A stretch of DNA of 64,000 bases from an uncultured Actinomycetes bacterium (GCA_963841735.1 CAWJDT010000004.1:192001-256000), one strand, 5' to 3'. Positions 17,795 through 26,281 are shown, counted from the stretch's first letter. Notes: generated by a model not told the origin, from the letters alone. A program made the numbers and translations.

Positions 17795-20305
17795 CTAGCC
17801 CCGCTCGGCTTCCTTCTGGGCCTCCGCAAGAATCGCTTCGTACTCCTTCGCCAACTCGAGGGCGCGCTTGTCATCGGCGGCTTCAGCGTACACGTGAAAC
17901 ACGGGCTCCTCCGGGTCTGGAAGCACCAGCACCCACTCCGATTGGTCGAGAAACACCTTGATTCCGTCCACCAGGGACACCCGTGCCTGCCCCAGCCTCT
18001 GTGTCAAACGGCGCATCACCGCACCCTTCAGCTCCCACGGGCAGTCGGAGGACAACTGGGCCATGTGCGCCACAGGAATCTTTCGCACCAGTTGCGATAG
18101 GGGCACAGAAGCAACAGACACCAATTCGAGGACCTTGCCAAGAGCGTAGAGACCGTCCATGGAAGCCAGGACCCCGGGATAGATGTATCCACCGTCGATG
18201 CTGGCGGCAAAGATGGTCTTGGGCCTAGCGGCCTCAGCCATCAAGGCCCCGCGCGAGCACTTGCTGCGCCGGATACTGACGCCGGTCGCGGCGACGCTCT
18301 GTTCCGCCAGGCGCGTGGCGTGCAAGGGCAAGGCCGCCACTCCCCCGCCTGCTTCCTTGGCGACGTTCTGAAGAAGCAGCAAGAGCAGGGCCGAGTGAGG
18401 CACCAGGTTACCCTTGTCATCGACCACGTAGAGGTATTCGGCACCGGGGTCGAGGATTGCTCCCAAATCGGCGTCGGTAGCGCGGACAAGGTCGGCCACA
18501 CGGGCGACGGCGGCGGGGACGCTCTCCGCCAGGGTGAAACGGGAACGCACCCGAGAGAAGGTGTTGAGAGCGATTGTCTCCACCCCCAGCTTGTCCAGAG
18601 TGGCAGAGAAGAAGAATGCTGGAGCGGAAGAAGAGTAGTCCAGCACCAGCCGGGGCTGCCGCCCCCTAATGGCCACAGTGTTCCAGTTATCGAGAAGCAG
18701 GCTGGTGTACGTCTCAATGACGCGTGGCGGATAGACCACGTGCCCCATCTCCTCGAAATGAGCCCGGCGGAAATCTTCGCGGAAGTAGATGTTCTCTATG
18801 GCCCGCTCGCGTTTGCTGTCGATAGGAACGCCCGGCGACTCCGAGAAGAGGATCTCCACGTGCTCTGGGTTGTCTAGGCTCATCTGCACGTGAATGCCGC
18901 CCACAGCGTTGCCGCCCTTTACGTCGAAACGATTAACGGCTAGAGGCGCGGTAGTGAGATCACGAACGCAGACTCCGGTTGAGTTGAGGCCGCTGATGAT
19001 GGCGCGTTTGATGACCCGGCAAGCAGAATGAGTGTCGCGGCTGGTCGTGACGAAGGCGCCTTTGGTGACGAGCGACCCGTACGCCATAGCGAGGCGCATG
19101 ACTGTCTCTGGGGTCACGTCCACGTTGGCCAACCCGCGTACCCCGTCACGACCGAACAAGGTACTGGGTCCCCGGGTCTCCCACACGATGGATGAGCGGA
19201 TGGTCGAGCCAGGCTCGATGTTCTTAAAGGGATAGACCTTCACGTTGTTGGCGATCACCGCGTTGCGCCCCACCACTGAGCGGTCGCCCACCACCGCTCC
19301 GTCGGCTATGTGGGCATTCTCGTGGACCTCCACCCCATCCCCCAGAATGGCTCCCTCGACGGTGGCGCCGGAGGCGATGTAGACGTTCTCGCCCAGCACC
19401 GAACCTCCGACATTTGCGCCGGTCCGTACCACGGTGTTGTCTCCCAAGACGGTGTGCGCCAGGACTCGGCCGCCTGCGTCGATGCGAACGTTCGCGCCTA
19501 TCACAGCAGGACCTTCTACGTCGTCTAGGCCTTCAAGGGCAGCTCCCTGGCCTATCCAGATATTGCCGCGCAGCCTGACCCCGGGTGGGGTCAGTTGGAT
19601 CTTACCGTCCAATGCATCGCGATTGGCCTGCAGATACTGTTCGAGGCTCCCGATATCTTGCCAATAGCCCTCGCAGGCTAGGCCGTATAGCGGTTTCTGC
19701 ATTTCGAACAACTTTGGGAAGAGATCGCGACTGAAGTCGTACGGTTGGCCCTCAGGTATGTGGTCGAAGATCTCTGGCTCGCATACGTAGATGCCCGTGT
19801 TCACCGTATCCGAGAAGACTTGACCCCAACCGGGCTTCTCAAGAAACCGCTGGATGCGCCCCTCGTCGTCGACGATGACTACTCCGAACTCGAGGGGATT
19901 GGCGACACTCTTGAGTGCGATGGTAACCATGGCCTGGCGTTCACGATGAAAGGCGATGACGCTGGTTAGATCGAAATCTGTAAGAGCGTCGCCGCTGATG
20001 ACGAGGAATGTCTCGTCTAGGTAGTCTTTGGCCAGCCGAATAGAGCCTGCCGTGCCCGCGGGGATCTCTTCTACCGTGTACTCGATGTGCATACCCATGC
20101 CGCTGCCGTCGCCGAAGTAATTGCGAATATGCCGGGGCAGGAAGGCCAGGGTCATCACGACTTCGTTTATGCCATGGCGCTGGAGCAGTTCGAGGATGTG
20201 CTGCGCCGTTGGTTTGTTCACCACAGGCACCATGGGTTTGGGCTGATTGGAGGTCAGCGGCCGCAGACGTGTACCCTGACCTCCTGCCATGACGACTGCC
20301 TTCAC
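17795..20305 (-). CDS. Mannose-1-phosphate guanylyltransferase with hexapeptide repeats fused to a phosphomannomutase-like domain
   Basis: [31 protein letters not shown], LbH repeats, [12 protein letters not shown]-like C-terminal half. Confidence 0.9.
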   Translation of the reverse strand: MKAVVMAGGQGTRLRPLTSNQPKPMVPVVNKPTAQHILELLQRHGINEVVMTLAFLPRHIRNYFGDGSGMGMHIEYTVEEIPAGTAGSIRLAKDYLDETFLVISGDALTDFDLTSVIAFHRERQAMVTIALKSVANPLEFGVVIVDDEGRIQRFLEKPGWGQVFSDTVNTGIYVCEPEIFDHIPEGQPYDFSRDLFPKLFEMQKPLYGLACEGYWQDIGSLEQYLQANRDALDGKIQLTPPGVRLRGNIWIGQGAALEGLDDVEGPAVIGANVRIDAGGRVLAHTVLGDNTVVRTGANVGGSVLGENVYIASGATVEGAILGDGVEVHENAHIADGAVVGDRSVVGRNAVIANNVKVYPFKNIEPGSTIRSSIVWETRGPSTLFGRDGVRGLANVDVTPETVMRLAMAYGSLVTKGAFVTTSRDTHSACRVIKRAIISGLNSTGVCVRDLTTAPLAVNRFDVKGGNAVGGIHVQMSLDNPEHVEILFSESPGVPIDSKRERAIENIYFREDFRRAHFEEMGHVVYPPRVIETYTSLLLDNWNTVAIRGRQPRLVLDYSSSAPAFFFSATLDKLGVETIALNTFSRVRSRFTLAESVPAAVARVADLVRATDADLGAILDPGAEYLYVVDDKGNLVPHSALLLLLLQNVAKEAGGGVAALPLHATRLAEQSVAATGVSIRRSKCSRGALMAEAARPKTIFAASIDGGYIYPGVLASMDGLYALGKVLELVSVASVPLSQLVRKIPVAHMAQLSSDCPWELKGAVMRRLTQRLGQARVSLVDGIKVFLDQSEWVLVLPDPEEPVFHVYAEAADDKRALELAKEYEAILAEAQKEAERG

Positions 20306-20429
20306 GGGTACCTCCCGACGGGAAACTCCACTACGACACTACCAGTGGTACCCTACCCGTTTTGGAAGACAATGAGAAGTGGGCGCTGCCAAGCGTCCTC
20401 CCCCTTAGCAAAATCGGCGCCACCCATCA

Positions 20430-20477
20430 AAGTCGGGACGGCCGGATTTGAACCGGCGACCTTCCGGCCCCCAGCCG
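20430..20477. repeat. att core, left copy (duplicated 3' half of tRNA-Pro)
   Basis: AAGTCGGGACGGCCGGATTTGAACCGGCGACCTTCCGGCCCCCAGCCG identical to 28196-28243. Confidence 0.97.
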
Positions 20478-20595
20478 CTTACAGGCCGATTCTGGCCATT
20501 TTAGCCTGTCGGAGGCTGTCTCCCAAAAGACGCGGTTTGCAGGGCTTTGCTGCCGTGAGCGCCGACAGGCTGAGACAGGCAGTAACACCTGTGCG

Positions 20596-20626
20596 GGACT
20601 TTTCGTGGAACATTCGTGGAACATGG
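20596..20626 (+). repeat. Probable integrase arm-type binding sites (tandem GTGGAACAT), left arm
   Basis: 29/31 identical to 28111-28141; GTGGAACATTCGTGGAACATGG is exact. Confidence 0.7.
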
Positions 20627-20759
20627 AGCCGCTCGCCTCGCTTGGCCACGTAGCCCGTGCCCGAACCCAGGGAAGCCCGATCTTGCGGGCTTGCTTTCTG
20701 GTATACCTCCGAGTATGCTTTGCAGTGTCACTTCCAGCATCACTAGAGGGGCGGCAGAC

Positions 20760-20996
20760 ATGACCGATCTTGAGAAGGTGCGCGAGAATCGACTCCGGCG
20801 CATGGCCGCTCGGCAGGGGCTCATGCTCCGCAAGTCGCGACGCCGCGATCCCTACGCGCTCGACTACGGCACGTATCAGCTCGTTGATATGTCCACCAAC
20901 ATCCTCATTCAATGGGAAGGCATCGCCTACCCCGGCTGGAGCCTTGACGAAGTCGAGGAGTGGCTAACCAGGGACCATGATGCGAGGAAAGCATGA
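20760..20996 (+). CDS. Small arginine-rich hypothetical protein of the element
   Basis: RBS GAGGGG; MTDLEKVRENRLRRMAARQGLMLRKSRRRDP...SLDEVEEWLT; ATGA-coupled to the next gene. Confidence 0.75.
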   Translation: MTDLEKVRENRLRRMAARQGLMLRKSRRRDPYALDYGTYQLVDMSTNILIQWEGIAYPGWSLDEVEEWLTRDHDARKA

Positions 20997-21367
20997 GCAC
21001 GACCACCAGCATTCTCAAGGCTGCTTTGGCGGCAACGGTTAGGTCGACCGCCGAGTGGCGAAAACTCAAGGCTGAGGAATACGCCGGAGACGAGCGCAAC
21101 GCGCAGTGTGCGGCCGGGCTCGAGGATCTCGCGGTGTGGATCGAGGCCCTCGACGATACGGACGCACGGCTCGTGCAGCTTGCGGCGCTCGATTGGGCAG
21201 ACGACTTCTTCTCAGCGGGCGAAGAGCCGTCCCGCTTGTTGGGTCGCTATCGTTTCGATAGGGAAGATGAGAGCCCCGATCAGTTCCTGGACAGGTTCGT
21301 CGAAGCTTGCATCCAAGAGGCGATGGTCAACGCGGATGAGCCGTTCGACGGCGATATCGCCCGGTAG
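20993..21367 (+). CDS. Acidic hypothetical protein of the element
   Basis: RBS GAGG, ATGA overlap, 124-aa helical protein-like composition. Confidence 0.7.
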   Translation: MSTTTSILKAALAATVRSTAEWRKLKAEEYAGDERNAQCAAGLEDLAVWIEALDDTDARLVQLAALDWADDFFSAGEEPSRLLGRYRFDREDESPDQFLDRFVEACIQEAMVNADEPFDGDIAR

Positions 21368-21417
21368 GCTTCACAGGATCAACGTAGGCGCAACAGACAG
21401 CGGCCGGAGTAGGAAGA

Positions 21418-21765
21418 CTACCCGGCCGCTTCGCTTTGCCCGTGCGCCGGCGTCGGAAGAAGACGGTCGAGAAAGGCGGTCGCACCGCGATACAGCCCCA
21501 GGATCACAGGGTAGAGCTTGGCCTCCGGCGTGCGTTTGGTGCCGGATTGGCTCGGCCCGTTGTTCCAATCGACCGTGAGGCTGTGCGCGGTCATGTGCCT
21601 CTGGAGATCGTCCAGGGTCACGCCCAGGAAGGCGGCTTGCCCCAAGAGCGAGTCGAGCCCACGCAACCGCTCCGGACCAATGTCGCGGTAAATGCGGCGA
21701 AGTCGGGCCTTCTCTCGCTTGATCCGGCGAGCTTTCTGCTGGGGCTCTAAGTCGGGCGAAGTCAT
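21418..21765 (-). CDS. terS: Terminase small subunit (P27-like, cos-phage type)
   Basis: RIKREKARLRRIY...AAFLGVTLDDLQ...WNNGPSQSGTKRTPE..LY...FLDRLLP resembles recalled TerS of Gram-positive siphophages; RBS GAGGTG; follows the capsid gene. Confidence 0.7.
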   Translation of the reverse strand: MTSPDLEPQQKARRIKREKARLRRIYRDIGPERLRGLDSLLGQAAFLGVTLDDLQRHMTAHSLTVDWNNGPSQSGTKRTPEAKLYPVILGLYRGATAFLDRLLPTPAHGQSEAAG

Positions 21766-22058
21766 CGCAAATCACCTCATCTTGAGGGCCGTTGGGGCCG
21801 CTTATTCTTGACCCCCCCTATGCCGGGTTTTTTCTGCCGCGCTGAAGTTATTCTCCACTTACCGGTCTCCAGCCATGCTTCACATTTTGCATGCACGGGG
21901 GGATCACCTCTGCCAAGTTGGTGTGCAGGCCTCCCGCCGCAGAGACGAGAGGCCTGCTCTGCTGCTCTCTTTCCCTGTATCCCGCGCGCATGAATCGAAC
22001 ACGCAGGAGGCCGGCAGGGCAGCATGGCGGGAAGGATGCCCGCGACCGTTGGCACCTA

Positions 22059-23462
22059 TCAGCTAACCGCCGACGTGGCCAGGTTCAAGATCCTGAAGGC
22101 TTCGGGAACCACTACGTCGGAACCGGTCCTGAACCAGAGGAAAGCCCCGCGCTGGCCAGTGGGCCGGCGGTTCTCTCCGAAGACGTGCGGGACGATCTCG
22201 ATGGTGCTGCCGATCCGGTCCGCGATGATGAAGTTGCTCCAATCCCCATAGCAGAGAATGAGGTTGTCTTCGGTCGCGCCGGTGTCAACGTCGTCCGTGT
22301 CCGCCATGTTGGAGCATTCATGGAGCGGCCGCCTCAGCAGCTTGCCGTCGGCCAGTTCGGGGAAGACCCTCGACCCATTGTCGGTCTCAAACTGCGCGAT
22401 GCTGTTGATCGTCGGGAGACCGGCGACCCACCGCGCGTTGGGCTGGAACCGAGCGGGAAGAGCGTTCTGCACCGCGTAGACATCCGGCGTCGTGAACGTC
22501 TCGAATGTTGCCGGAGACAACTCAGAGCCGGTGCCCGCAAGAGCGGTCACAAACCCGGTCGGCTGGCCGTCGCCGCTGCCGGTTGTGAAGGCCGCTGCCT
22601 GCAACTGGTCTGCCGCGTCGACGAGCAACTTGGCGAGCTCTTCAGCAAACCGCAAGCCGTCCATCCCGATCTCAAAACTGAAGGGGACGAACGCGTCTCC
22701 GAAGTGCACCGGAACTTCGGCCTCGGCAAGCGTGGGGCTCGCGTCGGCTGCCTCGCTTCCTTCGCTCTTCCATTCCGCACTACAGCCGGCGCTGGTCACG
22801 CCTTGCCAAGTGTTCGAAGTGGTCTGGACCACTCGGGCGATTTGGCGAAGCGGATTGTTGGAACCGTCGGAGGTCAGCAAGATCGCGGGATCCAAGAACA
22901 AAGGCAGCATTTCGCCACCGTAGCCGGCCCCGGTGCTGAGAGCCGCGCGAAAGTCGCGCTTGACGGCCTGGACCTGCTGGTATGCGGCACGCTCTTCGTC
23001 GGTCCACATCATGTGGCCCTTTGAAGGGTCGGCCATCATCTTGAAGAAGGCGCTGGCGTAGGCGTCGCTCCCGGTGGCCTGCGCCCACCTGGACGCCAGG
23101 TCGCGGGATGCGTCGTCGCCGGTCGTGACGAGCCTCTCGGCCACAGCCGCCGCGGGCGCCGGCAGCAGACCGCGCTCGTGAGCCGCGTTGATGATGCGGC
23201 GCGCCGGGTCGGTATCACGGGAGCCGAAGACCGGACTGTTGCTACCGCGGGCGTCCGGCTGGGGGAACGTGCGGGCGGTGGGCTGAGGCGGGGCCTTCAG
23301 CGCGTCGGGGTCGGCCCCAAGACGGATGGCGGTGTTCCTGCGCTTGCGTTCCTCCGTGAGTGCGTCCACCTCGGTCTCCAGAGCATCGAGGTCGGCGTCG
23401 GGCTTCTTCAGCTCGGCCTTGATCTCGCTGAGCCGGGCGTCAATCTGTGCGATACGTTTCAT
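22059..23462 (-). CDS. HK97-fold major capsid protein, phiRv1/phiRv2-like
   Basis: N-terminal coiled-coil delta domain; LDPAILLTSDGSNNPLRQIARVVQTTS, GSGDGQPTGFV, YGDWSNFIIADRIG, PHVFGENRRPTGQRG, AFRILN. Confidence 0.93.
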   Translation of the reverse strand: MKRIAQIDARLSEIKAELKKPDADLDALETEVDALTEERKRRNTAIRLGADPDALKAPPQPTARTFPQPDARGSNSPVFGSRDTDPARRIINAAHERGLLPAPAAAVAERLVTTGDDASRDLASRWAQATGSDAYASAFFKMMADPSKGHMMWTDEERAAYQQVQAVKRDFRAALSTGAGYGGEMLPLFLDPAILLTSDGSNNPLRQIARVVQTTSNTWQGVTSAGCSAEWKSEGSEAADASPTLAEAEVPVHFGDAFVPFSFEIGMDGLRFAEELAKLLVDAADQLQAAAFTTGSGDGQPTGFVTALAGTGSELSPATFETFTTPDVYAVQNALPARFQPNARWVAGLPTINSIAQFETDNGSRVFPELADGKLLRRPLHECSNMADTDDVDTGATEDNLILCYGDWSNFIIADRIGSTIEIVPHVFGENRRPTGQRGAFLWFRTGSDVVVPEAFRILNLATSAVS

Positions 23463-23471
23463 GACGAAAAC

Positions 23472-23805
23472 CGCCTTTCAGGCGTAGAAAGTCAGTGTTC
23501 TTGGGGGATCATCCGGTGCCGGACGATCAGTGTCGGCGCCTCTGCGGCCCCGACAGGACCTGGCCACCTCTGCGGCGGCAGGTGCCGAGTTGTAGGACAG
23601 GCATCTCTCCGACACCAGCACCACCCGGGCTCTCTCCGACCCCGGCCGTCGCCATGCCCTCTCGGGCAGCATGGCCCCCGCCCTTCGGCGGTCGTCCGGT
23701 GTGCCATGCCGGACTGTCGGAAGCTCTTCGCTTCCAGCGAATCACCCGACCGATAGCAGCATGGCATCTCTGCGACGCCAGCCCGTCCGGGGCCTCTGCG
23801 GCACC
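23472..23805 (-). ncRNA. Putative structured leader or ncRNA: hairpin array with repeated C-GNAGA-G pentaloops
   Basis: About 12 adjacent stems; G-U wobbles resolve only on the minus strand; begins just after TATAAT and ends at the capsid RBS. Confidence 0.6.
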
Positions 23806-23808
23806 TAG

Positions 23809-23814
23809 ATTATA
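23809..23814 (-). promoter_or_regulatory. -10 element of a putative capsid-operon promoter
   Basis: Perfect TATAAT on the minus strand in GC-rich DNA; -35 is poor. Confidence 0.6.
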
Positions 23815-23849
23815 CCGCTTCCAGCGGACAGGGAATACGCTCTGAGCGT

Positions 23850-24113
23850 TCATGCGACCACCACACCCACGTCTTCGTTGCAGCCGCACTTCCGGCATAC
23901 CCACCACTCGGCCGGCAGTTTGGAAGCCGGGTTGCCCCACAGGATCGCTCCCAGGGTCGCGCCGCACTCCGGGCAGGTGAACGTTACGATCTTGCCGCCG
24001 CCGGTCTCTTGCACAGCGAAGGTGAACATGGCGCCGTGCGGTGGTACTTGGCCGCACCAGGGCTCTTGCTGCTGTGCGGGTGCACCGGTGAGGGCTTCGT
24101 GATGTAGGGTCAT
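23850..24113 (-). CDS. Small zinc-finger-like hypothetical protein
   Basis: CPECG...CRKCGC; RBS AAGGCGGTG. Confidence 0.55.
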   Translation of the reverse strand: MTLHHEALTGAPAQQQEPWCGQVPPHGAMFTFAVQETGGGKIVTFTCPECGATLGAILWGNPASKLPAEWWVCRKCGCNEDVGVVVA

Positions 24114-24137
24114 AGGATCACCGCCTTCTTGCTGAAC

Positions 24138-24332
24138 TCATCGCCATAGACCCGGCCGGATGAACACTGGCCTTTGCTCCCTGGCTTCCCGGGCCCGCGC
24201 TGCCTGATCCCTGGCGGCCGTCTGCGTAGTGCAGACCCCGAAGGCCACGGACCGGCCGCTGTCCCATAGGCGCCAGGTCCACAGAGGCGCGTCGGGCTTT
24301 GATCGCTCGGATTCTCGGATCTCTACCCTCAC
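24138..24332 (-). CDS. Small hypothetical protein (WxWRL motif)
   Basis: Strong RBS AAGGAGG before GTG 24332; 64 aa. Confidence 0.55.
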   Translation of the reverse strand: MRVEIRESERSKPDAPLWTWRLWDSGRSVAFGVCTTQTAARDQAARAREAREQRPVFIRPGLWR

Positions 24333-24355
24333 GCGCGGACCCTCCTTTTGGAGTT

Positions 24356-24456
24356 TCTTACTCTTACCTCCTATAGAGAAAGAGGAACGGTAAGATTCCG
24401 TTCCCTCTCTCTTTCTCTTACCGGTAAGATTCATCGTTCTTACCACGGTAAGATTC
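24356..24456. repeat. Iteron cluster, putative replication origin of the element
   Basis: CGGTAAGATTC x3 (24388, 24422, 24446) plus inverted TCTTAC x4 (24356, 24362, 24416, 24438); AT-enriched; at the 3' end of rep. Confidence 0.7.
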
Positions 24457-25707
24457 ATCCGCACGGCTCCACCTGCCCCGGCCCACGTTCTGAATGAGCC
24501 CCTTGTCCTTCAACTGAGTGAGGGTCTTACTCACTGTGCCAGGAGTGGTCCCGATGGCTTCGGCAAGCTCTGACGGTCCACAGGGGCCATTCTCAAGCTC
24601 GGTGAGGATCATGTCCCGGATGGCGCCGGCCTCCGTCGATACATCGTTGACGGCCGCCTCCTCTACCACCAGGGCGTCACGGTCGAAGATCATCCGCAGA
24701 CCCACGGGCTCCACGTCGCCCATGTTGGTCTTGCGCGGGAAGAGCCCGACGCGGTACACGCCCGGCCGCTCGCGCTCGGAGCGGATCTCCCAGGTGATCC
24801 GTGCGAGGTTCTCCCAGTAGATGCTCCCAATCGGCAGCCGGTGGTGGTTCTCTTCGCGCCGGTCTGCCTTCGTGGTGTGGGTCTGGATATCGACGGCGGC
24901 GCCGGTGCTCGCTGTGACCTTGCGCAGACTGCCGAAGAACTGGATGGCAAGCTCAGAGCTGGCCACGTCTCCCCCACACGCGAGGCCCGCACTGTCGATA
25001 ACGACGAACTTGATCTCATGCTTAGCGATAACCTTGGCGATCTCGGAGGCCTCGTCTGCCATCGGGCCCGTGCACCTGCGGTAGAGCGGGAAGCGGATAT
25101 CACGGGCGATATAGGTCTTCTGGAGACCAGTCGCCAGCATCGTGCAGCGCCGCGCCGCCTCTGCCTCTGTCACTTCCCAATCGAGAATGAGCGTGTTCGC
25201 CTGTTTGGTGTCCCTGGCCTGGAAAGGCAGCCCGTTCTCTATGAGGAGGGCCTTGTAGATGGAAACGAAGCTCTTGAACTGGCCACCCGGAGCGAAGCTG
25301 AGGACCGGGAGCCCGTCTAGGATCACGTTCCCCAGCATGTACTCGACATCGACACTAGTCACCGGCTGAAGGCGCCGCGTAGGCGATCCCTGCTCCTCGT
25401 GCTCCAGGATAAGCGTGCAACTGGTCTCGATTACCCGGTCCCAGTTGACGCTGTCGCGCGGGAGTCGCTCCTCTAGCGTCTGCGACAATCGGCGCCGGGT
25501 CTGGCCGGCCGCCAGATTCATGGCCTCGTGGTGAACTTTCTCGGGATCTCGGCCGGGAAGAGCGACGAAGATCTTGACGGTACCTTGCACCCGGCCGTCA
25601 GAATGGGTCCGCAGACGCCCGGCCTCAAACTCGACCATGGCATCCGGGAACGACCATCGGACGATGTACTCCCCTGGCGCCGTGGTGATGGTGGGCGTCA
25701 CATCCAT
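24418..25707 (-). CDS. Rep-like AAA ATPase/helicase (AAA_25/RepA-like) with C-terminal winged HTH
   Basis: Variant Walker A FAPGGQFKS, LILDWE, Walker B VVIDS, HTTK, GSIYWEN.AR; C-terminal PSELAEAIG..PGTVSKTLTQLKDKGLI....RGRW. Confidence 0.75.
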   Translation of the reverse strand: MDVTPTITTAPGEYIVRWSFPDAMVEFEAGRLRTHSDGRVQGTVKIFVALPGRDPEKVHHEAMNLAAGQTRRRLSQTLEERLPRDSVNWDRVIETSCTLILEHEEQGSPTRRLQPVTSVDVEYMLGNVILDGLPVLSFAPGGQFKSFVSIYKALLIENGLPFQARDTKQANTLILDWEVTEAEAARRCTMLATGLQKTYIARDIRFPLYRRCTGPMADEASEIAKVIAKHEIKFVVIDSAGLACGGDVASSELAIQFFGSLRKVTASTGAAVDIQTHTTKADRREENHHRLPIGSIYWENLARITWEIRSERERPGVYRVGLFPRKTNMGDVEPVGLRMIFDRDALVVEEAAVNDVSTEAGAIRDMILTELENGPCGPSELAEAIGTTPGTVSKTLTQLKDKGLIQNVGRGRWSRADESYRGKNDESYR

Positions 25708-26009
25708 GGCTTCGCCCTGGGTCTCTTCCTTGGCGGGCGGGCCATCTCCGAGCCGAGTAACTCACTCCGCAGTCTTTCGCAGATCCCGATGCGCTCGTCT
25801 GCCCATGCGGAGACGCTCAGCCTGCGCATTCCTCGCCACATGATGTTTCGCGGGTAGAGCTCGGCGATGCGAGCGGCCTGATACTCGGCGCTCAGCAGCT
25901 CGCACAGCGACATGTCCCGCAAGTCCAGGTTGTAGACCTGCAGGAACTCCTCATAGCTATTCGCCGCGTTGGGCGGGCGAAGCTGAAGGCGGTATGCCCT
26001 CGCGCTCAT
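25698..26009 (-). CDS. Hypothetical protein of the element
   Basis: 103-aa ORF tightly packed between the xis-like and rep genes. Confidence 0.6.
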   Translation of the reverse strand: MSARAYRLQLRPPNAANSYEEFLQVYNLDLRDMSLCELLSAEYQAARIAELYPRNIMWRGMRRLSVSAWADERIGICERLRSELLGSEMARPPRKRPRAKPWM

Positions 26010-26013
26010 GCGT

Positions 26014-26241
26014 CTAACCCCTGCCCTCGACCCGCTCTATGATCTTTGCCCGCGGGACGAAGACATTACGGCCTACAGTCAGCACCGGTACTCCCATGAG
26101 TGTGCCGTGGGCCTTGATCTCCCCATATAGAGCGTTCAGCCCTGGGCCGTGCGGCAGAGCCTCCCAGAACTCTCGCGGTTTCGAGAGCGGGTTTGGGTCC
26201 ATCTTGAACCGCTCCCAGGATGTCAGTGTGCGCGATGGCAT
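26014..26241 (-). CDS. Excisionase/AlpA-like DNA-binding protein
   Basis: First gene divergent from the repressor; LY..IK..GT..VPVLTVGRNVFVPRAKI pattern; RBS GGGAGGG. Confidence 0.65.
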   Translation of the reverse strand: MPSRTLTSWERFKMDPNPLSKPREFWEALPHGPGLNALYGEIKAHGTLMGVPVLTVGRNVFVPRAKIIERVEGRG

Positions 26242-26281
26242 TGAAACCCTCCCAGGTTCAGTGAGCCTTGTGACGTATCAA

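Noticed and set aside
20430-20477. Second tRNA-Pro gene
   Set aside because: Only the 3' 48 bp are present; it is the att duplication
21891-23024. 377-aa plus-strand ORF inside the element
   Set aside because: Antisense to the capsid gene; no recognisable motifs
23500-23810. CRISPR array or mini-array
   Set aside because: Repeated parts are only 7-10 nt loop motifs with variable stems and irregular spacing; no cas genes in the window
23527-23853. 108-aa minus-strand ORF ATGA-coupled to the Zn-finger gene, spanning the hairpin array
   Set aside because: Low-complexity G/R/A composition, contains the TATAAT promoter, and the stem/loop pattern is better explained as RNA structure; not fully excluded
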